Shown: positions 29,905 through 38,451 of the stretch, piece by piece
Numbering within the stretch: the first letter of the stretch is position 1
How the letters are laid out: each line of letters starts with the position of its first letter
From: Candidatus Binatia bacterium
GTDB lineage: Bacteria; Desulfobacterota; Binatia; Bin18
Direction: 5' to 3'
Length of the DNA stretch: 64,000 bases
Assembly (NCBI GenBank): GCA_963664395.2
Contig: OY761159.2
Span: forward strand, 480,001-544,000
The notes under the pieces: model-generated
The model's database searches: none
What the model was told of the DNA's origin: nothing
What the model saw: only the letters and a program-made list of their open reading frames with translations
Program-made: the position numbers and the translations under genes

Positions 29905-30903
29905 ATGATCCGAACAACGGTCGTAGGAAGTTGGCCTCTGCCTGAACAGTACCGTAACCGTTTGTTGCAGTATCACCGTGGACAGTTGCCAGACATGCTC
30001 GTCAGACCGACGTTAAGCGGCGCGGCAGAGGTGGCCATCCGTGAGCAGCAGGCGACCGGCGTGACTCAGTTCACGGGTGGCGAGTTTTTCGCTGAGGTCT
30101 TCATTCAACACATCCCCCGCCAACTCACCGGGGTCCGCCTGGTGAAACCGCAAGCCGACGCATTACGGACGTATACGGATGTGGCCCGCTACGAACTGAG
30201 CGGCGATATTGAGGCTCCCCGCGGTCTGGGCTATCTCGATGCCTTCCGCCGCGAATCTCACATTGAACCGCGCCTGGATAAAGTTGCCGTCCCCGGTCCT
30301 TTAGAAGTGCTCGGCCACCTCAAATGGACGGAGGCAGTCCAGGCACAGCTTCCGCGGGCAATCGCAATCGTGAATCGGGAACTGCGCGGACTCGCGGCAG
30401 CCAAAGTCCGCGAGATCCAACTGGATATTCCCACGGTCGCCATTCGCTCCGTCCTGGGCCGCCTTGCTCCCGAAGAGGCGGCTGATTTGATTGCCGGCAG
30501 CTTTGAAGGCGTGGACGCAACCAAGACCATCCACTGTTGCCTGGGCGACCTCGGCTCGCAGTCGGCCGTCACCACCCATAATCTCCACGCCCTGCTGCCC
30601 TATATTGAGCGGCTGGCCGGCGTGATCGATAAGGTCCACCTGGAATGCTCCCACCCCGGCCAATGGGCCGACCGGGCCTGTCTGCGCGATATTCCGTCAG
30701 GCATGCAGGTCATTGCCGGCATTGTTGATGTCAAAGCGCCGGTCGAGACCAACGCGCAGATTGAGGAGCGCATTCGTGAGGTGCTCAAATATGTCGCCGC
30801 AGACCGACTGTGGATTGCGCCGTCCTGCGGCCTGGGCCGCCGCACAACCGATATTGCGCTTGGCAAAGTCTCGCGCATGGTTGCGGTAGCACAATACTGC
30901 TGA
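29905..30903 (+). CDS. Single-barrel cobalamin-independent methionine synthase-like (MetE C-terminal) Zn enzyme
   Basis: TTVVGSWP, GGEF, IQLD, Zn ligands HCC / LECS / PSCG, and GIVDV. Confidence 0.75.
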   Translation: MIRTTVVGSWPLPEQYRNRLLQYHRGQLPDMLVRPTLSGAAEVAIREQQATGVTQFTGGEFFAEVFIQHIPRQLTGVRLVKPQADALRTYTDVARYELSGDIEAPRGLGYLDAFRRESHIEPRLDKVAVPGPLEVLGHLKWTEAVQAQLPRAIAIVNRELRGLAAAKVREIQLDIPTVAIRSVLGRLAPEEAADLIAGSFEGVDATKTIHCCLGDLGSQSAVTTHNLHALLPYIERLAGVIDKVHLECSHPGQWADRACLRDIPSGMQVIAGIVDVKAPVETNAQIEERIREVLKYVAADRLWIAPSCGLGRRTTDIALGKVSRMVAVAQYC

Positions 30904-30937
30904 CACAGAGTATATGTCGGTGGAGGGAGGGATCAGG

Positions 30938-31438
30938 ATGTCTGAATACACGACCGTGTTTGGTTCCCTGGCGCACTACGAGAAAGGCCGAGTCGAAATC
31001 ATTCAGGACAAGGCCCGACATTACGCCTTTTCCAACATCTTTGAGGTAGCCTCTCAAGCACAGCCGTATGAAAAAATAGCGGTAGCGAAAAATCTGGAGT
31101 ACGTGGTCGAAGTCCTGCGCGCGGAAGGCCGCTCGGACTGGTTTACGGCTGCGCACGATGAATTCGCGGTGGTGATGGACGGACAAGTAGAGATCCATCT
31201 GGTCAAACTCGACGCGCCGGACTCCGTTGTGTCAGCGGACACTCAAGGGTCGGTGCGCCTACCCGGATCGCCCACCGGCAAAAAGATGGGCTGGATGAAA
31301 CTCCGACGCGGACATCAGGCCCTGCTCCCGGCGGGTGCGGCCTATCAGTTTATGGCCGAACAGCCGGGTGTTATTCTGCTGCAAACGCTGCAAGGCCCGC
31401 TCACGCTCGAAAAATGGGCGGATATTTGCGCAGCCTAA
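30938..31438 (+). CDS. Hydroquinone 1,2-dioxygenase small subunit (HapC/PnpC/HqdA-like)
   Basis: TVFGSL..YEKGRVEII...RHYAFSNIFEVA..PYEK, WFTAAHDEFAVVMDG and GHQALLP. Confidence 0.85.
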   Translation: MSEYTTVFGSLAHYEKGRVEIIQDKARHYAFSNIFEVASQAQPYEKIAVAKNLEYVVEVLRAEGRSDWFTAAHDEFAVVMDGQVEIHLVKLDAPDSVVSADTQGSVRLPGSPTGKKMGWMKLRRGHQALLPAGAAYQFMAEQPGVILLQTLQGPLTLEKWADICAA

Positions 31439-31449
31439 GGAGAAAGACC

Positions 31450-32439
31450 ATGAGCGATGTTAAAGCTTCGGCACCCGACAAACGGACCGGCTACAAGAGT
31501 TTTGAACTGGGACGGTTTTCTTTTTCACGCGACGAGTATTTCGTCACCGTGGGCTGGCCGGCCAGAGAAACACAACTCTCCCACACCATGCCGGCGGACG
31601 CGTTTCTCAAGGCCCTGATACGCGATGTGGCCTGGGGGTTCTTTTACGGCTGGGTCAATTTTGATGCGGTACTCGGCACCCGCAATCGGTATGGCAGCGT
31701 AGAGCTGTATGCCGGGCGCTATAACGATGGCTATCATGACTCCGGCCTCGACTATGTCGAGACATTTGAGACGCCGGAGATTCTCGAAACCTTCAAGGCC
31801 ATGCTGACCGATTGGACGAATGCCGGCTTTGATCCGTTTGCCGCGCCCGCGGAAACCGGCACCACAGTCTTCGGCAAAAAGAACGGGAGCAATACCGCGG
31901 CCATTGAGCGCAACCGGGAGACGTGTCGGCGTATGCCCGGTTTGCCGGGCGATGCCTCGCTCCGCTCGGATGAAAACGGCTACCCGATCAACCGCGCATT
32001 TGCCGATGTCGAACAGGACGAACCGGAGATTCAGGCCGAGCCGGGCTTTGAGAACGAAGTGCACGCCATTAATCTCTTCAAGTATCTGTCCCGCTCTGAC
32101 GTGACCTGGAATCCTTCCGTTGTTTCCGTGTGTCGCAACAGCCTGTTTTGCCCGACCACCGAGGAACACGCCTTGCCCGTCATTCACGGTAATGATCGGG
32201 TGGAATGGTTTATCCAAGTCAGCGATCAAATCACCTGGCAGGTGAGCGACAAGGAAACCGGGCGGCCTCGGGCCAGAGTTGTCATGAACCCCGGCGATGT
32301 GGCTGCCATGCCGGCCGATATCCGGCACCAGGGCTTTTCGCCCAAGCGGGCCATGCTGCTGGTCTGGGAAAACGCGACGCCGGGTCTGCCTGAAAAATAC
32401 GATAGCGGAGAGCTCTCGCCCTATCCGATTGATATGTAA
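31450..32439 (+). CDS. Hydroquinone 1,2-dioxygenase large subunit (HapD/PnpD/HqdB-like)
   Basis: FSRDEYF, RDVAWGFFYGWVNFD, DPFAAP.ETG, LSRSDVTWNPSV, HGNDRVEWF and MPADIRHQG. Confidence 0.87.
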   Translation: MSDVKASAPDKRTGYKSFELGRFSFSRDEYFVTVGWPARETQLSHTMPADAFLKALIRDVAWGFFYGWVNFDAVLGTRNRYGSVELYAGRYNDGYHDSGLDYVETFETPEILETFKAMLTDWTNAGFDPFAAPAETGTTVFGKKNGSNTAAIERNRETCRRMPGLPGDASLRSDENGYPINRAFADVEQDEPEIQAEPGFENEVHAINLFKYLSRSDVTWNPSVVSVCRNSLFCPTTEEHALPVIHGNDRVEWFIQVSDQITWQVSDKETGRPRARVVMNPGDVAAMPADIRHQGFSPKRAMLLVWENATPGLPEKYDSGELSPYPIDM

Positions 32440-32466
32440 TCAATATGTAATCAAAAGGAGGACAGC

Positions 32467-33522
32467 ATGAAATTCGGAGTGTTGTATATTCCCGACTATT
32501 ACGAAGAGCGCCACAAATCGTCCAGCCATTACTACGGCGAAATGCTGGAGCAGATCGACCTGTGTGAAGAAATCGGTCTGGATAGCATCTGGTTTGCCGA
32601 GCACTACGTCGGCGGCTATGCGTTTCCCTCGCCGCCTATTTTTGCCGCCGCGGTTGCGCAGCGGACGAAGCGCGTCCGCTTTGGAACCGGGGTGACGCTG
32701 TTGCCGCTGACCAATCCGATCAAGACGGCCGAGGAATATGCGATGCTGGATGTCCTCAGCGACGGACGGCTCGATTTCGGTATCGGCCGCGGCATCCTGC
32801 GCCGCGAGTATGACCTGTTCGGGATTAATCCGGACGACAGCCAAGGCCGCTACCACGAAGCGCTCGATATCATCCTCCAAGCCTGGACCCAGGACGAAGT
32901 CACGTGTACGGGCACCTACTTCAACATCGATCATGTCAAAACTCTGCCCAAGCCGGTTCAGCAACCCCACCCGCCCATCTGGGCTGCCGCCGTGGCCTCA
33001 CAAGAGTCGTTCATCTGGACGGGCGAGCGGGGCTATAACGTCATGCTTGTCCCATTCGCCTATCCAACCTTTGGACCGCTCCGCGAGCGTGTCGATTTGT
33101 ATCGCCAAACCTTAATTGACAACGGGCACGATCCGGCTCAAAGAGAAGTGCAGGGCGCCTACCATCTGTATGTAGCCGAAGACGATGCTCAGGCACGTCG
33201 TGAAGCCGAAACAGAGTTAGACCGGTATCTCAAATTCTTCGCCAGCCTGGATAAGCCGTGGCAGTCGACAGACTACAAAGCCTATGGCAAAGGGCTCGGC
33301 GATATCTTCTCTCAACTCAACTACGACGTTATGGACAAAGGCGATGGACTAATCTTCGGCAGTCCCGAGCGCTGTGTTCAACGCATCAAGAACATCAAGG
33401 CAGGATTGGGCCTGACCTATATGCTGTTTGAGGTCAACTTCGGCGGCATGGCGCACGACAAGGTGCTGCGCTCGCTGGAACGTTTTGGCAAGGAAGTGTT
33501 GCCGCACGTGCGCGATGTCTAG
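32467..33522 (+). CDS. LLM-class flavin-dependent oxidoreductase
   Basis: WFAEHY, AEEYAMLDVLSDGRLDFGIGRG, PKPVQQPHPP and RFGKEVLP. Confidence 0.88.
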   Translation: MKFGVLYIPDYYEERHKSSSHYYGEMLEQIDLCEEIGLDSIWFAEHYVGGYAFPSPPIFAAAVAQRTKRVRFGTGVTLLPLTNPIKTAEEYAMLDVLSDGRLDFGIGRGILRREYDLFGINPDDSQGRYHEALDIILQAWTQDEVTCTGTYFNIDHVKTLPKPVQQPHPPIWAAAVASQESFIWTGERGYNVMLVPFAYPTFGPLRERVDLYRQTLIDNGHDPAQREVQGAYHLYVAEDDAQARREAETELDRYLKFFASLDKPWQSTDYKAYGKGLGDIFSQLNYDVMDKGDGLIFGSPERCVQRIKNIKAGLGLTYMLFEVNFGGMAHDKVLRSLERFGKEVLPHVRDV

Positions 33523-33641
33523 TCTTCGCTCACTGTAACGTGTGATGCAAAAAGGAACCCACCCCGCCCGGCGACCTCAGCGCGTCTGGCGAGCGTGAGT
33601 TCCTGGGAATATGCACCACACGTCACTGTAGGGGGAGCATT

Positions 33642-34904
33642 GTGAAAATCGCCATTATCGGTGGGGGTATCGGCGGCATGACGCTGGCCCTATCGCTACA
33701 TGACGCCGGCCTCGCCGATGTGGAGGTGTATGAATCCACTCACACTATCAGTGAGTTGGGAGTCGGCATCAACGTGCTGCCCCACGCGGTCCGCGAGCTG
33801 ACCGAACTCGGTCTGCTGGACGGCCTCGCCGCGGTCGGCATCCCGACCGGGGAATTGGTCTTCTACTCCAAACACGGCCAGCGCATCTGGGGCGAGCCTC
33901 GCGGCCGCACCGCGGGCTATCACTGGCCCCAGTTCTCGATTCATCGCGGCGAGCTGCTGCAAGTGCTCCACCAGGCCGTATTGGAGCGGCTCGGCCAGAC
34001 ACGGGTCCACACCGGCCACCATTTGGTCCGCTTCGGGCAGGCAGGGGGAAGGGTCTGGGGCGAGTTCGTCGATAGAGCCGGAAAGGCATCCGCACGTCGG
34101 GTCGAGGCCGACCTGCTCGTGGCCTGTGACGGTGTCCACTCGGTCGTCCGTCAGCAACTCTACCCTGACGAGGGTCCGCCCAAGTGGAACGGGATTACCA
34201 TGTGGCGTGGGGTCAGCGTGGGAGAGCCGTTTCTGTCGGGCCGCACGATGCTGATGGCCGGTTATTTTCAGCGGCGGGTGGTTGTCTATCCGATTTCAAA
34301 ACGCCACGCAGACCAGGGCCGGGCGCTCATCAACTGGGTGGCGGAATTCAAGGTCGCTGACGATCAACCCATGCCCCTGCAAGACTGGGCACACACGGCG
34401 CGTCTTGAAGAAGCCTTGGCTCCCTTCACTTCGTTTACCTTTGATTTTCTCGATGTACCGGCGCTGATGCGGCAGGCCGAGACGATTTACCAATACCCGA
34501 TGGTTGATCGCGACCCGCTGCCGACCTGGGACTTCGGGCGGGTGACGCTGCTGGGCGACGCGGCCCATCCCATGTATCCGGTCGGCTCGAACGGCGCCTC
34601 CCAGGCGATTATTGACGCGCGCGTACTGACCCGGCAACTCGCGCTTCAGTCTTCAATTGAGCACGCCGTGACAGCCTATGATGCCGAGCGTCGCCCGGCT
34701 ACGGCAGCAGTTGTTCAGGCCAATCGGAAGGTCGGACCGGAACAGTGCATGGAGCTTGTCGAGCAACGCGCCCCGGATGGTTTTACCAATCTTGACGAGG
34801 TGATCAGCCGGCAGGAGTTGGAAGACATCTCCCGTTCGTATAAACGTACAGCCGGATTTGACCCGGACACATTGAACAACCGACCGTCGTTGTCGGTTCG
34901 TTAG
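33642..34904 (+). CDS. Group A FAD-dependent monooxygenase (PhzS-like)
   Basis: GGGIGG, GVGIN, QFSIHRG, ACDGVHS, LLGDAAHPMYP.GSNGASQA. Confidence 0.87.
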   Translation: MKIAIIGGGIGGMTLALSLHDAGLADVEVYESTHTISELGVGINVLPHAVRELTELGLLDGLAAVGIPTGELVFYSKHGQRIWGEPRGRTAGYHWPQFSIHRGELLQVLHQAVLERLGQTRVHTGHHLVRFGQAGGRVWGEFVDRAGKASARRVEADLLVACDGVHSVVRQQLYPDEGPPKWNGITMWRGVSVGEPFLSGRTMLMAGYFQRRVVVYPISKRHADQGRALINWVAEFKVADDQPMPLQDWAHTARLEEALAPFTSFTFDFLDVPALMRQAETIYQYPMVDRDPLPTWDFGRVTLLGDAAHPMYPVGSNGASQAIIDARVLTRQLALQSSIEHAVTAYDAERRPATAAVVQANRKVGPEQCMELVEQRAPDGFTNLDEVISRQELEDISRSYKRTAGFDPDTLNNRPSLSVR

Positions 34905-34922
34905 AGTCATCGCCTTTACGTC

Positions 34923-35660
34923 CTAAAATAGCTCCGATTCGATCTCTTTCATGTATTTGTTCGTGTAGTAAAGGTCAGGGTCTTGCTTTCGAGGTCGAAC
35001 ACGAATTTCAAAACCAGGATCGTCAGCGTTTGTCGCATTAAATAACACCAAGCCAATACCGAATATCTGGCACAGGGAATCAAGCCGTGAGATCTCTTCT
35101 GGCATAGCCTTTTTGGGGATGACCAGGTATGACTTGTGGCTGAACAGGCAGTATGCACAGGATTGACCGAATGCTGTGACTAGCTGATTCGTATCCGTCT
35201 TTATTTCCGCAGACACGATTTCCACAGGCGACTGAATAATGTCGCTCGACTTTGAAACACGCTTACCGATTACGTCGGGCGTCCCCCATTTGTCGCGAAA
35301 CTTGCTCCCACCAAGTGAAATCGCTTCAGTTACATCTTCAAGTTCGCTCTTTATCCAGTCAGCGAATGGCAAATAAAAGCTTTCCTCCTTCGGTACCGGA
35401 GCAGCGCCACGACGAGATTCTTCTTCTTCCATCTTGGAGAATTTACGAAGTCGAAATAGTCCACGAGACGGTTTTTCGACTTTTCTCTTAAAAACCTCCT
35501 GCAAATTGAATATGGCACCCGCAATCGAGTTGAGGTTGAGTGAGTCATCTTCGGCCTTGATAGCCCTTTGGAGATCTGCGAACTTGACCCCTTCGGGTCT
35601 CGACTCCAGGATATTAAGTGCCGTTCTACGTATTCGATCTCCTTGCGACTTCTGCTTCAT
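34923..35660 (-). CDS. wHTH + PD-(D/E)XK putative endonuclease (HrgA/COG2958-like)
   Basis: N-terminal HTH-like helices; WGTPDVIG...SAEIK and QSCAY motifs; visibly AT-richer than its neighbours. Confidence 0.6.
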   Translation of the reverse strand: MKQKSQGDRIRRTALNILESRPEGVKFADLQRAIKAEDDSLNLNSIAGAIFNLQEVFKRKVEKPSRGLFRLRKFSKMEEEESRRGAAPVPKEESFYLPFADWIKSELEDVTEAISLGGSKFRDKWGTPDVIGKRVSKSSDIIQSPVEIVSAEIKTDTNQLVTAFGQSCAYCLFSHKSYLVIPKKAMPEEISRLDSLCQIFGIGLVLFNATNADDPGFEIRVRPRKQDPDLYYTNKYMKEIESELF

Positions 35661-35673
35661 AGTTACATCCTCC

Positions 35674-35940
35674 TTACCCCTGGTCACGAAAAGGCTTCCC
35701 GTCACGCAGCGTATAGCGGTCTTCCGAGGGGTCTTTCAGAAAATCAAAGGCGGGATTCTGCCCTGCCGCCCGCAGCCACTCCTTCTCATCCATATCGGTG
35801 CTGTCAGCCTCTTCCGGGAAGACGATAATGACCCGCACACGACTCGGGCCGGAGAGCGGAAGCGGGGCGTCCAGATGCAACTGGTGCTGCTCGTCAATGG
35901 TTCCCATCACTTCCAGCGCTTTCGAGGCAGATTCCTTCAT
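35674..35940 (-). CDS. Small hypothetical protein, antitoxin-like
   Basis: 88 aa with a GGAG RBS; acidic C-terminus EWLRAA..NPAFDFLKDPSEDRY. Confidence 0.55.
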   Translation of the reverse strand: MKESASKALEVMGTIDEQHQLHLDAPLPLSGPSRVRVIIVFPEEADSTDMDEKEWLRAAGQNPAFDFLKDPSEDRYTLRDGKPFRDQG

Positions 35941-36012
35941 ATGTGCTCCTTGTGGAGAAGAGAAAAACTTCTGCCGTACCAGAGATATGATGCAAAGAAA
36001 GCGGTCTCCCTC

Positions 36013-37146
36013 TTACCCGCATGCGGCAAAACGTTCCAAATGGTGATCCGCGTCGCCAAAGGTCTGGGCGATCATGGTCAGCCGGCGAAAAGTGTGACTG
36101 ACCTTCAATTCCTCGGTCATGCCCATCCCGCCGTGCAACTGAACGGCCTCCTGGCTGATGTGACGGCATGCATCCGCAATATGGATTTTTGCCGCGGATA
36201 TGACCCGACGGCGTTCGTCGGCATCCGCGCTGTCGGCCTTCACGCAGGCCAGACAGGCCATGGATTTGGCCTGCTCGTGGATGATCGTCATATCCACCAT
36301 GCGGTGTTGCAGCGCCTGAAACGAACCAATCGGCACCCCGAATTGCTTCCGAGTTTTGAGGTATTCAAGCGTGGTATCATTCGCAAACTTCATAGCCCCA
36401 ACCGCCTCAGCGCACACCAGGGCGGTCGCATAGTCCACCACGGCTTCGATCAGCGGCAGGGCATGACCTTCCTGGCCTAGCAGCGCATTGGCGGGAACAA
36501 CCGTCCCGGCAAAACGCACATCCGCGGCGCGTAAATTATCAATCGTGCGATAGGACGTGAGCGTCACCCCCGGCGCGCTGGCGTCTACCACAAACAGGCT
36601 GATGCCGTCGGCATCGGTGGTGTTGCCGGCGGTGCGAGCCGACACAATGAGTTTATCAGCGCAGGGCGCGTGCAGGACGACACATTTCTCGCCATCAATC
36701 GTATAGCCATTATCGGTCTTCTCCGCCCGACAGGCGACATGCGCCAGATTATAGCGTGCCTCGCGTTCGGTTTGGGCGAACGCCAACTTGCACTGACCGG
36801 TGATGAGAGCCGGCAGAAGCTCTTGCTTTTGGGCCGCACTGCCGCCCCGGGCAATGAACTGGCCGCCCAGACCGACGCTGGCCAGATAGGGCTCGACAAT
36901 AAGTCCGTCGCCAATCGCTTCCATGACCGGCATCAGGTCTACCGCAGTACCCCCAAAGCCACCCACCTCACTCGCAAAGGGCAGGCCCAGCAGGCCCATC
37001 TCGGCGAACGTTGCCCAGACGTGCTCACTATAGCCCTGGTCGGACTCGATGATCTCGCTGCGAGCGGCAAAGGTGTATTCTTTGGTCAGGAATTGCCGGA
37101 CGCTGTGCGTCAGCAGTTGTTGTTCTTCGCTGTAGTCGAAATTCAC
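36013..37146 (-). CDS. Acyl-CoA dehydrogenase, PimD-like small subunit
   Basis: MNFDYSEEQ, RKQFGVPIGSFQALQHR and QLHGGMGMT. Confidence 0.87.
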   Translation of the reverse strand: MNFDYSEEQQLLTHSVRQFLTKEYTFAARSEIIESDQGYSEHVWATFAEMGLLGLPFASEVGGFGGTAVDLMPVMEAIGDGLIVEPYLASVGLGGQFIARGGSAAQKQELLPALITGQCKLAFAQTEREARYNLAHVACRAEKTDNGYTIDGEKCVVLHAPCADKLIVSARTAGNTTDADGISLFVVDASAPGVTLTSYRTIDNLRAADVRFAGTVVPANALLGQEGHALPLIEAVVDYATALVCAEAVGAMKFANDTTLEYLKTRKQFGVPIGSFQALQHRMVDMTIIHEQAKSMACLACVKADSADADERRRVISAAKIHIADACRHISQEAVQLHGGMGMTEELKVSHTFRRLTMIAQTFGDADHHLERFAACG

Positions 37147-37186
37147 GCTGCGGTCTCCTGTTTACAAGCCAGTTTACAGACTCGGT

Positions 37187-38365
37187 TTACAGACCAAGTG
37201 ACGCCTTGGAAATGATATTGCGCTGGATCTCATTGGAACCTGCATAGATTGAGGTCTTGCGGTAATTGCAGTAGCGCGGGGCGATATTGGCTGTGCGCTG
37301 GTCAAAATCCGTGGCGTGCAGCGACTGAAACGGCTGCGCGAACGGCCCGACCGCTTCCAGCATCAGCTCCGTGAGCGCCTGTTGGATTTCCGTCCCTCGA
37401 ATCTTGAGCAACGACACTTCCGCGCCCGGCGCTCTCCCGCCCCGCATCTGATCCAGAAAACGGAGATTGGTGATCTCCAAAGCCATAAGCTCGACTTCCA
37501 CCCGAGACAGCCGGTCGCGGAAACGCGCATCTTCAATGAGAGGGGTACCGTTTTTGAGCTGCTGTGTCGCCAGCTCTTTCAACCGCAGCACTTCTCGCTT
37601 TGACGCGCCAGTGTTCCCGGTGCCGAGTCGCTCATGGCCGAGAAGATATTTGGCAACGGTCCAGCCGTCATCTTCTTTGTGGACGAGATTCTTGGCCGGG
37701 ACTCGCACATCGTCAAAGAACACTTCGTTCACTTCATGACCGCCGTCCATAAGCATGAGCGGGCGGACGCTGATACCCGGCGTTTGCATATCAATGAGTA
37801 AAAAAGAAATACCTTGTTGTCTTTTTGGAAAATCAGCATTGGTCCGGACCAGACAAAAAATCCAGTCTGCGTGCTGCGCCCAGGTGGTCCAAATCTTCTG
37901 TCCGTTGACGAGATAGGAGTCGCCCTCACGGACCGCGCCGGTCTTGAGGGAGGCCAAGTCAGATCCGGAACCCGGCTCGGAATAGCCCTGGCACCAGAAC
38001 ACGTCGCCCTTATACATGCCGGGCAGAAAGCGCTGTTTCTGCTCTTCGGTGCCGAATTTATGCAGGACGGGCGCACACATGGACACCCCAAAGGGAATCC
38101 GGGGCGGGCAGCCGGCATAGCCGCATTCTTCTTCAAAGATATGCCGCTGAACGATGGTCCAGTTCGTGCCGCCCCACTCTTCCGGCCAGTCGGGCGCCCC
38201 CCAGCCTCGCTCTGCCGTTATTTTTTGCCAGCGCAGCAGGTCCTCTTTGGTCAACTCTTCATAGTCGACTACTTTGTCACGCAGTTCGTTCGGCAGGTTG
38301 TCTTTGAGCCAGGAACGGACGGCGTCACGGAAGGCCATTTCCTCCGGGGAATAGTTGAGATCCAT
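37187..38365 (-). CDS. Acyl-CoA dehydrogenase, PimC-like large subunit
   Basis: WCQGYSEPGSGSDLASL, NGQKIWT, EVNEVFFD and SIYAGSNEIQRNII. Confidence 0.9.
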   Translation of the reverse strand: MDLNYSPEEMAFRDAVRSWLKDNLPNELRDKVVDYEELTKEDLLRWQKITAERGWGAPDWPEEWGGTNWTIVQRHIFEEECGYAGCPPRIPFGVSMCAPVLHKFGTEEQKQRFLPGMYKGDVFWCQGYSEPGSGSDLASLKTGAVREGDSYLVNGQKIWTTWAQHADWIFCLVRTNADFPKRQQGISFLLIDMQTPGISVRPLMLMDGGHEVNEVFFDDVRVPAKNLVHKEDDGWTVAKYLLGHERLGTGNTGASKREVLRLKELATQQLKNGTPLIEDARFRDRLSRVEVELMALEITNLRFLDQMRGGRAPGAEVSLLKIRGTEIQQALTELMLEAVGPFAQPFQSLHATDFDQRTANIAPRYCNYRKTSIYAGSNEIQRNIISKASLGL

Positions 38366-38451
38366 GGCGTACTCCTCAATTCGTATCGTAATTCGTTATT
38401 TGAGACCTGGAAAAAAGGCAAGCCTTCGTACAAACAGGCTCCTCTTTCTGC

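Noticed and set aside
15107-33645. Integron-type cassette array as the explanation for the modules
   Set aside because: No intI gene and no recurring RYYYAAC...GTTRRRY attC-like hairpins; the flanking repeats differ for each module.
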